52,835 bases of DNA from an uncultured Collinsella sp. (GTDB lineage: Bacteria; Actinomycetota; Coriobacteriia; Coriobacteriales; Coriobacteriaceae). This document shows positions 27,083-37,676 of the stretch, one piece after another (position 1 is the first letter of the stretch; each line of letters opens with the position of its first letter). The position numbers were made by a program, and so were the translations under genes. The stretch is taken from positions 1 to 52,835 of the forward strand of contig URRJ01000001.1 of the NCBI GenBank assembly GCA_900550205.1, given 5' to 3'. Under the pieces are notes generated by a model that saw only the letters and a list, made by a program, of their open reading frames with translations, searched no databases and was not told the DNA's origin.

Positions 27083-30000
27083 CTATGCGTTCTTACGGGA
27101 GCGCACAAACCACGCACCAATAGCCGCAAGGCACACGATACCGACAGCAACACCGGTAACAGCGACCGGATTAACGCCGCCTCGCCCATCCAAAGCACCC
27201 TTGCGTGATGCGGCAGCAGCGGACGTCGTTTTCGAACCGGAAGACTCGTCGGAGCCGGACTTCTTATCGGACTCACCCTTGTTGGCATCCACATTCTGCG
27301 ACATCTCCGACTTCGAGCCATCCTGCTTATCGCCGGAGCCATCACCCCTCTGCGAACCGGTCGGCATGACCGCGGGCGTCGGATTCTTCGTCGGGACCGT
27401 AGGAACGGGCACCTCGGGCGTCACGGGTTTTTTCGAGCCGCCCGGTTCGACGACACCGGCTTTTACGCCACCGATCTTGGACCAATTCACACCGGACCCT
27501 GCGGACTTATAGGCCGAAAGGGCTCGTAAGGCCTGTACCGTCGCAAGCGCGTTGGCATTGCCGGGCTTACCGTCGGATCCCATGGTATGGGCGTAGCCCT
27601 TGCCGTCGGCAACCTCGTAGGCGCAGATTGCGGCAATCAGGCTATTCGCACCCGTGGCAAAACCGTTCTTGGTATTTACGGGATCCTTGCCAAGAGCCAC
27701 AAGAGCGAGCAGCACCTGGGCATTAGACTCGACAGACCCAAAATCGCAAAGGCCGTTCATCTGGCCCCTAAGGAAGCCGAGTGCATTGTCGACAGCAGAT
27801 GCAACAGAAGGTTGGCCATTCGAGGCCGGGGCGACGGCGCATGCGTCATCATCGACATAGGGCGCAAGCGCCTGAAGTGCCATAGCGGTCATATCGACAT
27901 TGCTCGTACCGCCCGCATCGATGGTGAAACCGCCGTCGGGATTCTGGAACGAAAGCAGCGCGCAAACAAGCTGAGCACGCGTCCAAGAAGAGCCGGACGC
28001 ACGCAACACCTCATTCGAAATACCCGCCTCGTCAAGGGCAATCAGCGCATAGACCACGTTGTTCGCCGAAGCCCCAAGATCTTCGTGAGAGCAAATGTCG
28101 GCAATGAGATTCACGCCATCGAAAGAGGTGATATCCTCGCCAAGCGCGGTTAGCGCAAGCGCAACTCGCTCGCAATCAGTCACCCTGGCGGCGTTGCCCG
28201 ACCACTCGGCCTTATGAACGGTAAGGGACTTCTTGTAATTCGCGATCAGTGCGTCGTCAATCTTGCGCCCCGACCTTGCGAAGGCGTAAATCTCCCATTC
28301 TTGACCATAGGTGTACGCATCGATCGTACGGTTGGCGTCAAAGTACTTGGCAGCAGAAAGGGCGCCTTCGTCGGCCTTTGCCTCGTTATCCGGCGAGGCA
28401 ACGATTCCGTCAACCGTAATCTCAAAGGAGATGGCCTGGGCACCGGCAGTCTGGTCGATCGGCGTACCGGTCACCGTATAGGTACCGGCCTTGTTCGCCG
28501 TCAGGACATAGGCGCCGCTCGCCACAAACAAGCCGTCGTCAGGAGCACCGTCAACGTGCTTCCAATCACCAAGAGCGCGCCGGTCGATACTCACGGCATT
28601 CGAGGCATCCCGACCTTCCTCGGTCGTCACACTCCATTTCATACCGGGCTCGGAAACACTCCAGCCCTCGGCATCGTTCTCACCCGTATAACCCAGGTTG
28701 AGTTCAACGGTCTTGCCGGCCTTAACGGACGCGGGGACATTCGTGATTGTCACCGACTTCAGTGGGTTCCGGTAAGCGTAGGCAACCTCTCGCTTACCCG
28801 AGGAGATGACGCTGCCGTCCTGGTTTTCGACCGTCGCCTCAAACGTCGTCTTACCGGCCTTATACGGCGTAAAGCCAATCTCGCCACTCGTAGTGTACTC
28901 GGCAACCGCAGAATCACTCGAGGTGACCGTGTAGCAAGCGCGATCACTCGCGTTTTCGGGTCCCACAACCGGCGCAGCCTTATCGGTCAGGAAGGCGCCT
29001 TTGGCAAGCGGATTGCGACCGTGCAGATAGACAGTCTCGCCGTCCTCGTTATAGCCAAGCGAGACGCTCGTCGCTGGCACATAGCTCGACGTGACCGTCA
29101 CGCTCTTGGAGGCGATATCGAGATTTGCGCGTGAAGATACCCGAATCGTGGCCTCGCCCGGCTTCTTAAAATAAAAGCAGGCGGATCCGGGATTGGAGTA
29201 AAGTACGTTCGCAGGCGTGCCGGCAAAGCGAAAACGCGCATAGGAAACAGGAGTGTACTCGCCCTCGGCGGCATCGGTGTAATGAACACGGATTTCAAGA
29301 TTCTTGACCTCGGAACCCGCAACCGCAATAGCGCCGCCCGTCACGTTTGCGCCGTTATACCAAATCTGAAAATCATCGATCGGTTTGGACACTGCCTTGA
29401 CCACAACGGTCGCGACGCTCTCGGTAGTGCCGTCGTCCTTGTGGAGCGTGGCGGTTACCGTACCCACAGCGTCGTTATACACGTGCAGCAGGCCCGTTTC
29501 CTCGTTAACGGCGATATCACCCCTATTGGCATCTGGGGTACCCCAGGTCACCTTGGCATCCTTGGGCAGGCCATCGAGCTTAAGCGTGCCCGAAACGCAG
29601 GCAGCACCGTTCTCGCCCACCACAACGTCGTCGGGAGACGGGCAGAGCACACCATCGGCAGCAGTTACGGTCTTGCCGGTACGGGCAGACGTGAACGTCA
29701 CCTCGTACTTATTGCTTGCAGTAGGGCTCTCAGAAGACTCGTGGTCTAGATTCTCACCGAAGTGCGGAAAGCCATCAGGACCCATACCCCACACGCTACC
29801 GTTTTCACCACGATTGACGTTGAGGTTTTCGACAAAGGTCGCCGTCTTCATGTCATCGGTATCGACAGCATAGGAGTTAACGAGCGCATCCGCGGGAAAG
29901 ACGACCTTGTTGGTAAGGCCCTCCTGCCAGTACGTATTGATGAGCTGTCCGGAGTCGTAGCTCGCAAAAAGCACGCCGCCGGTCGAAGCGGCGGTGGACA

Positions 30001-31600
30001 TGCAATTGGAGATCACGCCGCCCTTGAGCGTACGGCCAAAGCCAGCAACGCCCTTACCCGTAACGGACGTGGAGCAATTGATGACAGAGCCCTTTACCTG
30101 ATTGCCAAGCGGACCAAACGACTTGCCGTCCATGGCCTGTTTGAGCTCACCGGCAAAAGAGACATTCTGGATAACGCCGGTGGAGCCAACGCTCTCAAAC
30201 AGAGACTTAACGCCTCCCTTGTTGTCGAAGGTAATAGTGTGGCCCTGTCCGTCAAACGTGCAATTGAGCTCGCCTGTGGGTCCGAAGAAGTAATCGTCAT
30301 CAATCACAATGTCGCTATCGAGCACATAGTAGTTGCTCGCATCCTTGACGTTCATATACATGAAGTCATCCTGCGACGAGATGTGCTTGACGCTCTCCGG
30401 CTGGGCGACGGGAGCCGCCGGCTTCTTTTTCTCAAGCGCATCCGAGGCATCCTTGAGCGTCTTGACCGCCGCATTTACATCGGACTGAGATGCATCGTCG
30501 TTATCGTTGACGATTTTGGCTTTCGCAAGAGCAGCGGCAAAGGCGGACCAGGAATCCGTTGTGTAGTCTGACTCATTGAGCGCCTCGGCGGCCGTGATAG
30601 CCGCGACGAGCGCGTCCTTATTGACAACGACGGGGGCAGAGCCGCTCACAAGCAAGGGCAGGCCACCGTTGGACACCCAGGAAAAGCCAGTCGACGGCAC
30701 ATCGGTATTGAGCACGTCGAGTGAGTCGTCAGAAGAGAGGTCGGCAGCTTTAGCCGCGTTTCCCTTGTTAAAGCCGCCATAGTTCATCTCGGCAGGCGAA
30801 AAACCTACGGTATATAGGCAGTTCAACAGCGATCCGGCCTGAGCCTCACCGACCAGGCCACCGTTCATCTCAACGCCTGAGCCGGCAAAATAGGAATTGA
30901 CGATCTTTCCGGACGTCATACCGCCGACCAGGCCACCGGCACAGCCCATCCAGCCGCTAAGGTTCACACTCGCCGTGGACCAGCACATCTGGATGGTGCC
31001 AGAAAGTTTCATGGCAATGGAGCCCACATTGTCGGTGCTCGAGACCGAGCCTGTCACGCCCAGGTTCTGAATCGAGCCGGTCACATTATTCGCAACGGCC
31101 TTGCCGTTAATGGTGACCGTATGGCCCTGGCCATCCAGGGTGCCGTCAACGGTCTCGATCTGCTGGTCAGTGCCCATCGAAATATTCGCGCCGAGCTTGA
31201 CGGTCGCACCCGCCTCAATGGTCTCAGGCATATCGGCCGCATCGTTGACGACCACCGTCTCGCCCGAGTGCACTACCTTGGCGAAAGAACCTGCTTCTTC
31301 GACCTGCGCAGCCGGTACCGTTTCCTCGGACGCAATAGACCGCACGTCAACACCGGAGCTTTCCTGCTCCTGTGTGCTGCCGCCATCTGCCATGCCGGTT
31401 TCAGCGTCGACAGAAGGCTCATCTTCATCAGGCCTGCCCTGCCCAGCATCGCCCGCCTCTGTGACCTGATCGGCCGCCGCGGCTACGCCCGTGCTCACCT
31501 CCTCGGCAAACGCGGTCATTCCCGTGCTCGAACTGGCAAAGATAAACGCCATGAGCACGACGAGAAATTTCCTCGTACCTGTTCGGATGTTGTTGAGCAT
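27083..31600 (-). CDS. Large (~1505 aa) cell-surface protein: signal peptide, GLUG/FIVAR/Ig-like regions, prenyltransferase-squalene-oxidase-like alpha barrel, C-terminal TM anchor
   Basis: Start MLNNIR after AAGGGGAAAGG. FIVAR-like DYTTDSWSAFAAAL...SQSDVNAA, QNPDGGF, VDMTAMALQALAPY, ESNAQV..AL.ALG, a Pro/Ser-rich stalk, then TM plus RSRK tail. Confidence 0.85.
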   Translation of the reverse strand: MLNNIRTGTRKFLVVLMAFIFASSSTGMTAFAEEVSTGVAAAADQVTEAGDAGQGRPDEDEPSVDAETGMADGGSTQEQESSGVDVRSIASEETVPAAQVEEAGSFAKVVHSGETVVVNDAADMPETIEAGATVKLGANISMGTDQQIETVDGTLDGQGHTVTINGKAVANNVTGSIQNLGVTGSVSSTDNVGSIAMKLSGTIQMCWSTASVNLSGWMGCAGGLVGGMTSGKIVNSYFAGSGVEMNGGLVGEAQAGSLLNCLYTVGFSPAEMNYGGFNKGNAAKAADLSSDDSLDVLNTDVPSTGFSWVSNGGLPLLVSGSAPVVVNKDALVAAITAAEALNESDYTTDSWSAFAAALAKAKIVNDNDDASQSDVNAAVKTLKDASDALEKKKPAAPVAQPESVKHISSQDDFMYMNVKDASNYYVLDSDIVIDDDYFFGPTGELNCTFDGQGHTITFDNKGGVKSLFESVGSTGVIQNVSFAGELKQAMDGKSFGPLGNQVKGSVINCSTSVTGKGVAGFGRTLKGGVISNCMSTAASTGGVLFASYDSGQLINTYWQEGLTNKVVFPADALVNSYAVDTDDMKTATFVENLNVNRGENGSVWGMGPDGFPHFGENLDHESSESPTASNKYEVTFTSARTGKTVTAADGVLCPSPDDVVVGENGAACVSGTLKLDGLPKDAKVTWGTPDANRGDIAVNEETGLLHVYNDAVGTVTATLHKDDGTTESVATVVVKAVSKPIDDFQIWYNGANVTGGAIAVAGSEVKNLEIRVHYTDAAEGEYTPVSYARFRFAGTPANVLYSNPGSACFYFKKPGEATIRVSSRANLDIASKSVTVTSSYVPATSVSLGYNEDGETVYLHGRNPLAKGAFLTDKAAPVVGPENASDRACYTVTSSDSAVAEYTTSGEIGFTPYKAGKTTFEATVENQDGSVISSGKREVAYAYRNPLKSVTITNVPASVKAGKTVELNLGYTGENDAEGWSVSEPGMKWSVTTEEGRDASNAVSIDRRALGDWKHVDGAPDDGLFVASGAYVLTANKAGTYTVTGTPIDQTAGAQAISFEITVDGIVASPDNEAKADEGALSAAKYFDANRTIDAYTYGQEWEIYAFARSGRKIDDALIANYKKSLTVHKAEWSGNAARVTDCERVALALTALGEDITSFDGVNLIADICSHEDLGASANNVVYALIALDEAGISNEVLRASGSSWTRAQLVCALLSFQNPDGGFTIDAGGTSNVDMTAMALQALAPYVDDDACAVAPASNGQPSVASAVDNALGFLRGQMNGLCDFGSVESNAQVLLALVALGKDPVNTKNGFATGANSLIAAICAYEVADGKGYAHTMGSDGKPGNANALATVQALRALSAYKSAGSGVNWSKIGGVKAGVVEPGGSKKPVTPEVPVPTVPTKNPTPAVMPTGSQRGDGSGDKQDGSKSEMSQNVDANKGESDKKSGSDESSGSKTTSAAAASRKGALDGRGGVNPVAVTGVAVGIVCLAAIGAWFVRSRKNA

Positions 31601-31803
31601 CCTTTCCCCCTTGGTCTGGAAGATCACTACCCCTATAAGAATCGAGGCCGACCATGTAAAGGGAAACGGGACACAGCGAAACGCCCGCACCTGACAGCAT
31701 GCGGCAATGCCCCCGCATCGCATACGGGATGCTTGGGGCAAATATGATGTCATCTTCTGCTCATCGGAATCCAGCGGCTCCCAAAAGACCCTCGACACGA
31801 GAA

Positions 31804-31909
31804 GACCATGGGCAAGTAATCTGACTCGCGGGACAGCCCCGCACACAGTAACCGCCTTGCCTGGGATTCCCACCCAGTTCCCTTTTATGCGCCAAGCGCA
31901 CCCATGGTC
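31804..31909 (-). ncRNA. Cobalamin (B12) riboswitch
   Basis: Minus strand reads gaccatggg...AAAAGGGAActgGGTGggAATCCcagg...gcggttACTGTg...gAGTCAGAttACtTGCCcatggtc, with P1 closure, the GGGAA motif and a B12 box. Confidence 0.85.
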
Positions 31910-32119
31910 CGGCTTCTTTTCAAACAGCATGTAATTGTATGGAAGACCAGGCAACGAGCGTCCGCCGATATCACGCACACATAATTCACCGAAAATGTGG
32001 TCGAAAGTCCGCCAGGGCAGCGACGAGACCTTTATCCGAAATGCAAAACGGGGCCGCAGCATCATTGCCACGACCCCGCCTGCTCAAGCAACCTCTCATT
32101 CCGAGATGCTGCAGGTCAC

Positions 32120-32869
32120 CTATGAGATATTGCCCAAGAACGCCTTGGTGCGCTCGCTCTTGGGATGGTCGAAGACCTCGCTCGGCGTGCCCTCTTCCAC
32201 GATAACGCCGCCGTCCATAAAGACGACGCGGTCGGCGACGTCGCGGGCAAAGCCCATCTCGTGCGTCACGACGATCATGGTCATACCGTCACGTGCCAGG
32301 TCGCGCATAACGCCCAGAACATCGCGAACGAGCTCGGGGTCGAGCGCCGAGGTAGCCTCGTCAAAGAGCATGACGTGCGGATTCATCGACAGGGCGCGAG
32401 CGATAGCCACGCGCTGCTGCTGGCCACCCGAGAGCTGGCTCGGCATAAAATCGATGCGCTCAGACAGGCCGACCTTGGTCAGCTCCTCGATGGCGATCTT
32501 CTCGGCCTCTTCCTTGCTGCGCTTGAGCACCTTTTGCTGCGCAAGCATGACGTTCTTTTTGACCGACAGGTGCGGGAACAGGTTGAACTGTTGAAAGACC
32601 ATGCCCAGGTGCGTGCGCACCTTATTGAGGTCGACGCCCTTGGCGCACACATCCACGCCCTCAACGACAATCGAGCCGCTCGTAGGATGCTCTAGACGAT
32701 TGATGCAGCGAAGCATCGTCGACTTGCCCGAGCCCGAAGGACCCAAAACGACAACAACCTCACCCTTGTGCACGTCCAGATCGATATCACGCAGAACCAC
32801 GTTATCGCCAAAAGCCTTTTGGAGGTTCTTGATGCTGACAACGACCTCGTTGGAATTCGTTTCACTCAT
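32120..32869 (-). CDS. Polar amino-acid ABC transporter ATP-binding protein (GlnQ-like)
   Basis: [33 protein letters not shown] and VTHEMGFA. Confidence 0.95.
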   Translation of the reverse strand: MSETNSNEVVVSIKNLQKAFGDNVVLRDIDLDVHKGEVVVVLGPSGSGKSTMLRCINRLEHPTSGSIVVEGVDVCAKGVDLNKVRTHLGMVFQQFNLFPHLSVKKNVMLAQQKVLKRSKEEAEKIAIEELTKVGLSERIDFMPSQLSGGQQQRVAIARALSMNPHVMLFDEATSALDPELVRDVLGVMRDLARDGMTMIVVTHEMGFARDVADRVVFMDGGVIVEEGTPSEVFDHPKSERTKAFLGNIS

Positions 32870-32881
32870 GACAGGACCTCC

Positions 32882-34219
32882 TTACAGACCGGCGATGTGA
32901 TCGGCGGGCGTCGCGACAACCTGTCCGGCGCTCTTGGCGGGACGCTTCTTCTTGGTCTCGGCCGTACCCAGTAGCTTCGCCTCAAGACCGCTCACCAAGC
33001 GTGCAAGCGGCAGGGTAATAACCAGATAGAACAGGGCGGCAACCACATACGGCGTAATGGAGCCCGTCGTTGCCACGATGGTGCGGGCATTCATGACGAT
33101 CTCGACCACGCCAACGGCGGCGAGCAGCGACGTATCCTTGTAGAGCAGGATAAACTCGCTGGTCAGCGTAGGCAGGACATTGCGGAACGTCTGCGGAATC
33201 ATAACGTAGAGCAGCGTCTGGAAGGCATTCATGCCCAGCGAGCGAGCAGCCTCGTTTTGGCCCTTGGGGATCGACTGAATACCGGCACGGAAGATCTCGC
33301 ACAGGTACGCAGACGAGTTCATGGCCATGACGATAACGCCCAAGACGTAGTCGTCCACCTTGACGCCGGCAAGCGGTAGGCCAAAGAACGCAATGTAAAT
33401 CTGCAGGAACGCCGGCGTGCCGCGGATGATATTCACGTAGATGCCGGCAAGGCAGCGCAGGATGCGCGACTTGGAGATGCGCATGAGCGACAGCGCAAAG
33501 CCAAAGGGAATAGCCAACGGAAATGCCACGAGCACGATCGAGAGCGACATAAGGAAGCCCTTAAAGACGATCGGCAGGCTCTGGACCAAAATGACCGGGT
33601 TCAAGAACAGGCGGAGGAACATATTGGAGTTCCACGCCTCGACCCACGGCTGCTCTTTAAGGTCGGCCAAGAAGTTATCGAAGGCCGTCACGCCCTTGAT
33701 CTCGACGGAAGGAATCTTGGAGATCTTCTTGGCCGAACCGTCGGCGAGCGTATAGGTGCCGCTAAAGGCCTCGTCGCCACCCTCGACGGGGAAGGTCACG
33801 CCGTAGACCTCGACGCGAAAATAGCCGCCAGCCGGCGCCGTCTCGCCAAAGTCGATTTTGAGTGTCTGACCGTCCACCTTGCACGCGGGCTTCATGGGCG
33901 TACGGTCCATGAGGTCCTCGCCCGAGAGCATCGTCAGGCGTGTGTCATCGGCACCAAACGTCGTGCCGTCGGCAAACGTCAGCGAAAGCCCACTCAGTTC
34001 CTCATCGGCATCGGCCTGGACCTCCCAGGTAATGCGCGTCTCGGTACCGCCGACCACGGCGCTGCCCGAACCGGTATTGGGACGCGCGGTGATCTTTGCG
34101 GTCTCGAGCGCCTGGGCGGTCGAAGGCACGGCTGTCCCCGCGCACGCCAAAGCGAGCGCCACAGCCAGGGCGCAGGCTAGCTTTTGGAGCATCGAGGGCA
34201 GCGGGGGACGCCGACCCAT
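32882..34219 (-). CDS. Amino-acid ABC permease with an extra N-terminal extracytoplasmic domain
   Basis: RGTP, SSAYLCEIFRAGIQSIPKGQNEAARSLG (EAA loop) and KDTSL. Start position uncertain. Confidence 0.88.
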   Translation of the reverse strand: MGRRPPLPSMLQKLACALAVALALACAGTAVPSTAQALETAKITARPNTGSGSAVVGGTETRITWEVQADADEELSGLSLTFADGTTFGADDTRLTMLSGEDLMDRTPMKPACKVDGQTLKIDFGETAPAGGYFRVEVYGVTFPVEGGDEAFSGTYTLADGSAKKISKIPSVEIKGVTAFDNFLADLKEQPWVEAWNSNMFLRLFLNPVILVQSLPIVFKGFLMSLSIVLVAFPLAIPFGFALSLMRISKSRILRCLAGIYVNIIRGTPAFLQIYIAFFGLPLAGVKVDDYVLGVIVMAMNSSAYLCEIFRAGIQSIPKGQNEAARSLGMNAFQTLLYVMIPQTFRNVLPTLTSEFILLYKDTSLLAAVGVVEIVMNARTIVATTGSITPYVVAALFYLVITLPLARLVSGLEAKLLGTAETKKKRPAKSAGQVVATPADHIAGL

Positions 34220-34359
34220 GGCCCCTTCGTTCAATCGAGACAAGGTAGCTCCTAACGTATCAGTTGCCGACATTACGGGACGGGACGACGCCCGTTCAAG
34301 AAACGCAAAAGCCCTCTCCGCCAAAACGGAAAGGGCCCGCGTGCAATCAAGTGACTATT

Positions 34360-35220
34360 TTACTTGATGTTGTACTTAGCCATGAGGGCGTCAACGGTAC
34401 CGTCGTCGGTCAGGTCCTTGATGGCCTGGTTGATGTCGTCCTTGAGCTTGGTGTTGCCCTGGTTGATGGCGATAGCGTACTCCTCGCCGGTGCTGACCTG
34501 CTTAACCGTATGGCAGGTGTTGAACTGCTCGGCGGTCAGCTGGCTCGCAACGGAGCGGTTGGTGACCACGGCGTCACCCTTGTCGGACTGCAGTGCGCTG
34601 AAGCACTCGGTGGCGTCCTTGTAGGGAACGATCTTGGCCTTGGGGAAATTCTCCTGGGCAAAGGCCTCGGCGGTCGAACCGGACTGGACGATGATCGTAG
34701 CGTCGGCATTGTTGAGCTTCTCGCTGTAGTTATCGGCCGTAATGTCGGCGTTATCGACCTTGGTCACGATAGCCTGATCGTCCATGTAGTAAGAGTCGGA
34801 GAAAGCAACTTCCTTCTCACGCTCGGGCGTGTCAGTGATAGCCGCGATGGCGACGTCGTACTTGGCGCCCGAAGCAACGCCGGGGACGAGCGTGTCGAAG
34901 TCGTTGTTGACGTACTCGACATCCAGACCCAGCTTGTCACCGATAACCTTGATAAGCTCAAGGTCAAAGCCCTGGTAATCGCCGTTGTCATCCTTGTACT
35001 CAAACGGCGCGTACTCGGCAGAGGTGCCGACGGTGAGCGTACCGTCCTTGACGAGTGCATACTCCTTGGAGCCGTCGACCTTCTCGACCTTCACGTCGTC
35101 AGAGCTGCTGGAACCGGCATCGGAACCAGAGGTGGCGTTGGACGAGCCGCAGCCCGTCAGTGCGAGGGCGAGCGCCATGGCGCCTGTGGCGGCAAATGTG
35201 CCAAGCTTCTTGAGCTTCAT
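34360..35220 (-). CDS. Amino-acid ABC substrate-binding lipoprotein
   Basis: Lipobox LTGC, GTSAEYAPFE, GFDLEL, ITDTPER and QSGST. Confidence 0.93.
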   Translation of the reverse strand: MKLKKLGTFAATGAMALALALTGCGSSNATSGSDAGSSSSDDVKVEKVDGSKEYALVKDGTLTVGTSAEYAPFEYKDDNGDYQGFDLELIKVIGDKLGLDVEYVNNDFDTLVPGVASGAKYDVAIAAITDTPEREKEVAFSDSYYMDDQAIVTKVDNADITADNYSEKLNNADATIIVQSGSTAEAFAQENFPKAKIVPYKDATECFSALQSDKGDAVVTNRSVASQLTAEQFNTCHTVKQVSTGEEYAIAINQGNTKLKDDINQAIKDLTDDGTVDALMAKYNIK

Positions 35221-35367
35221 AATCAGTCTCCTTCCGGTGACCCCGTTTGATTCAGAGGTCTGCAAAAACTGTTGGCTATTATGCACCCGGAATTACGAAT
35301 CTGCAATCAGAAAACTGATTGAAACAAACCCATAACGTGAATGGAACACTCCACTTAGCAACAGTCA

Positions 35368-36234
35368 TTACTGCTGCAATGACTTTAACAGTTTGATTTC
35401 AGCCGCATAACCTGCAAGTTCGTTCGGTGTCTCCAAAATAAATGGCAATGAACGCAAACGGCCATTCGATACAATATTCTGCATAACATGCATACCGCCG
35501 CCAAACTCCTCACTACCCAGGTAGCCCTTACCGATGCACTCGTGGCGATCCTTATGGGCACCGCAGGGGTTCTTGGAGTCATTGATATGCACGGCGCGCA
35601 GGCGCTCGATACCCACCACGCGATCGAACTCGTCGAGCACGCCGTCAAGATCGCGGACGATATCATAGCCGGCGTCATTTACATGGCAGGTATCCAGGCA
35701 AACGCCCAGCTTGGTCGACAGCTCGGGGCGCTTGTTGGCAACGCCCTCGATGATGCGCGCCAGCTCCTCAAAGTTACGACCAACTTCGGTGCCCTTGCCC
35801 GCCATGGTCTCGAGCAGTACCGTCGTCTGCTGGCCCTCAAACATCACCTGGCACAAGGTGTCGACGATCATCTGAATGCCGGCGTCGGAGCCCTGCCCCA
35901 CATGCGCACCGGGATGGAAGTTGTAGTAGTTGCCGGGCAGCGCTTCCATGCGCCGCAGATCCTCTGCCATGGCCTCCAGGGCAAACTCGCGCGCCCGCTC
36001 TTTGGCCGAGCAGGGGTTATAGGTATAGGGGGCATGCGCCACGAGTGGGCCAAAATCATTTTGCGCCATAAGGTCACGCAGGGCGGCCACGTCATCCATG
36101 TCAAGGTCTTTTACCTTGCCGCCGCGCGGGTTGCGCGTAAAAAATGCAAAGGTATTGGCGCCAATGGATAGCGCCGTCTCCCCCATTGCCCGATAGCCCT
36201 TCGTCGTGGATAGGTGACACCCGATCGTCAGCAT
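35368..36234 (-). CDS. nfo: Endonuclease IV
   Basis: [33 protein letters not shown] and ILETP. Confidence 0.95.
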   Translation of the reverse strand: MLTIGCHLSTTKGYRAMGETALSIGANTFAFFTRNPRGGKVKDLDMDDVAALRDLMAQNDFGPLVAHAPYTYNPCSAKERAREFALEAMAEDLRRMEALPGNYYNFHPGAHVGQGSDAGIQMIVDTLCQVMFEGQQTTVLLETMAGKGTEVGRNFEELARIIEGVANKRPELSTKLGVCLDTCHVNDAGYDIVRDLDGVLDEFDRVVGIERLRAVHINDSKNPCGAHKDRHECIGKGYLGSEEFGGGMHVMQNIVSNGRLRSLPFILETPNELAGYAAEIKLLKSLQQ

Positions 36235-36329
36235 CCCCAGCTCCCCCTCATCAGTTGCGGTGAAATAGTTCCTGTCGGTGCCTTATTCTGCCGCAAGTAG
36301 GAACTATTCCACCGCACGTTATAAAAGGG

Positions 36330-37514
36330 TCACGAGGAGCGCGTTTTGCCGAAGGCCTTAAGCACCGCCGTCACGGGGCCAGGCTGAAAACGGCGGCGTA
36401 CGTCGTCCAAACGCCCGGGGATATCGATGTGCTGCGGGCAGTGCCGCGCGCATTTGCCGCATTTGACGCAATTGCTCACCAACTTGGGCTCGCTTGTGCG
36501 CACCGCGCTCGCCGTAAAGTACTGCGATAGACCCGTAAACCAGCTGTGCGCATAGCTTGCGTTGTAGGCGGCAAAACATCCAGGGATATTGATGCCTTTA
36601 GGACACGGCATGCAATAGCCGCATCCCGTGCAGGGCACGCGATTCGATTTTTCAAACTCCGTCAGCACGCGCGCGATGGCATCGAGCTGAGTAGCTGTCA
36701 TCGAATCCGGCAGGGCCCGATCGGCTAACGCCGCGTTCTCATCCACCTGCGCGGTATCGGTCATACCCGATAGCAGCATCGTCACCTGAGGATGGTTCCA
36801 CACCCACGAAAGCCCCCAGGCGGCAGGGGTGTGCAAATGCGGGTCACGGGCGTCATCGAGCACAGCGCGGGCCCGCGGCGGCAGCTTGCCTGCTAGACGC
36901 CCGCCCAAAAGCGGCTCCATCACAAACACCGCGAGTCCGCACTCCGCCATGAGTCCTGCCGTTCCCGCTTGGTAACGCTCGCCGGCATAGTTGTACTGTA
37001 TCTGGCAAAAATCCCAGTCATATGCGTCAAGCATCGTCAGGAAATCCGCCGCGCTGCCGTGATACGAAAAACCAATCTGGCGAATGCGCCCCGCCGCCTT
37101 TTGACGCGCGATCCAGCCCTCGATGCCCAACGCCACCACGCGTTCCCACTGAGCGGGCGAGGTTATGTTGTGCATGAGGTAATAGTCGATATGGTCGGTC
37201 CGCAGGCGGCGCAGTTGCTCGTCGAAGAACCGGTCGAAATCCTCCGCGCACTTGCACGAAGCATGCGGCAGCTTAGTCGCCAGCAACACCCGGTCACGCA
37301 GCCCCAAGCGCTCAAGTGAGGCACCCACGCACGCCTCGTTACCGGGATAGAGATACGCGGTGTCCAGATAATTAATCCCCTGCTCCACCGCACGGGAAAT
37401 GATGGCATCGGCTGTCTTCGCATCCGGGCGTCCCGGCGCACCGGGAAACCTCATGCAGCCCAGCCCCAACGCCGAGATACGGTTGCCGCTTTTGGGGTCA
37501 ACGCGATATTGCAC
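36330..37514 (-). CDS. Aldo/keto reductase with C-terminal 4Fe-4S dicluster
   Basis: LGLGCMRFP, DTAYLY, LATKLP, CTGCGYCMPCP and CVKCGKC...CPQ. Confidence 0.9.
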   Translation of the reverse strand: MQYRVDPKSGNRISALGLGCMRFPGAPGRPDAKTADAIISRAVEQGINYLDTAYLYPGNEACVGASLERLGLRDRVLLATKLPHASCKCAEDFDRFFDEQLRRLRTDHIDYYLMHNITSPAQWERVVALGIEGWIARQKAAGRIRQIGFSYHGSAADFLTMLDAYDWDFCQIQYNYAGERYQAGTAGLMAECGLAVFVMEPLLGGRLAGKLPPRARAVLDDARDPHLHTPAAWGLSWVWNHPQVTMLLSGMTDTAQVDENAALADRALPDSMTATQLDAIARVLTEFEKSNRVPCTGCGYCMPCPKGINIPGCFAAYNASYAHSWFTGLSQYFTASAVRTSEPKLVSNCVKCGKCARHCPQHIDIPGRLDDVRRRFQPGPVTAVLKAFGKTRSS

Positions 37515-37676
37515 GGCCCCTCCCCTCCCATCGAAGCCCTGACAAGGCGAAACAAACCTGTCACGTCATCGAAACACACCGGAATCGCAATCGAGAACGT
37601 ATCGTAACGCAGCAGAAATCGAGCTGTCACGGCACCGCTTTAACATCAGCAAAAAGCCCGATGAAAGGAGTCACCC

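Noticed and set aside
31601..32071. 157-aa N-terminal extension of the 1662-aa ORF
   Set aside because: It overlaps the cobalamin riboswitch and promoter. The RBS and signal peptide begin at 31600.
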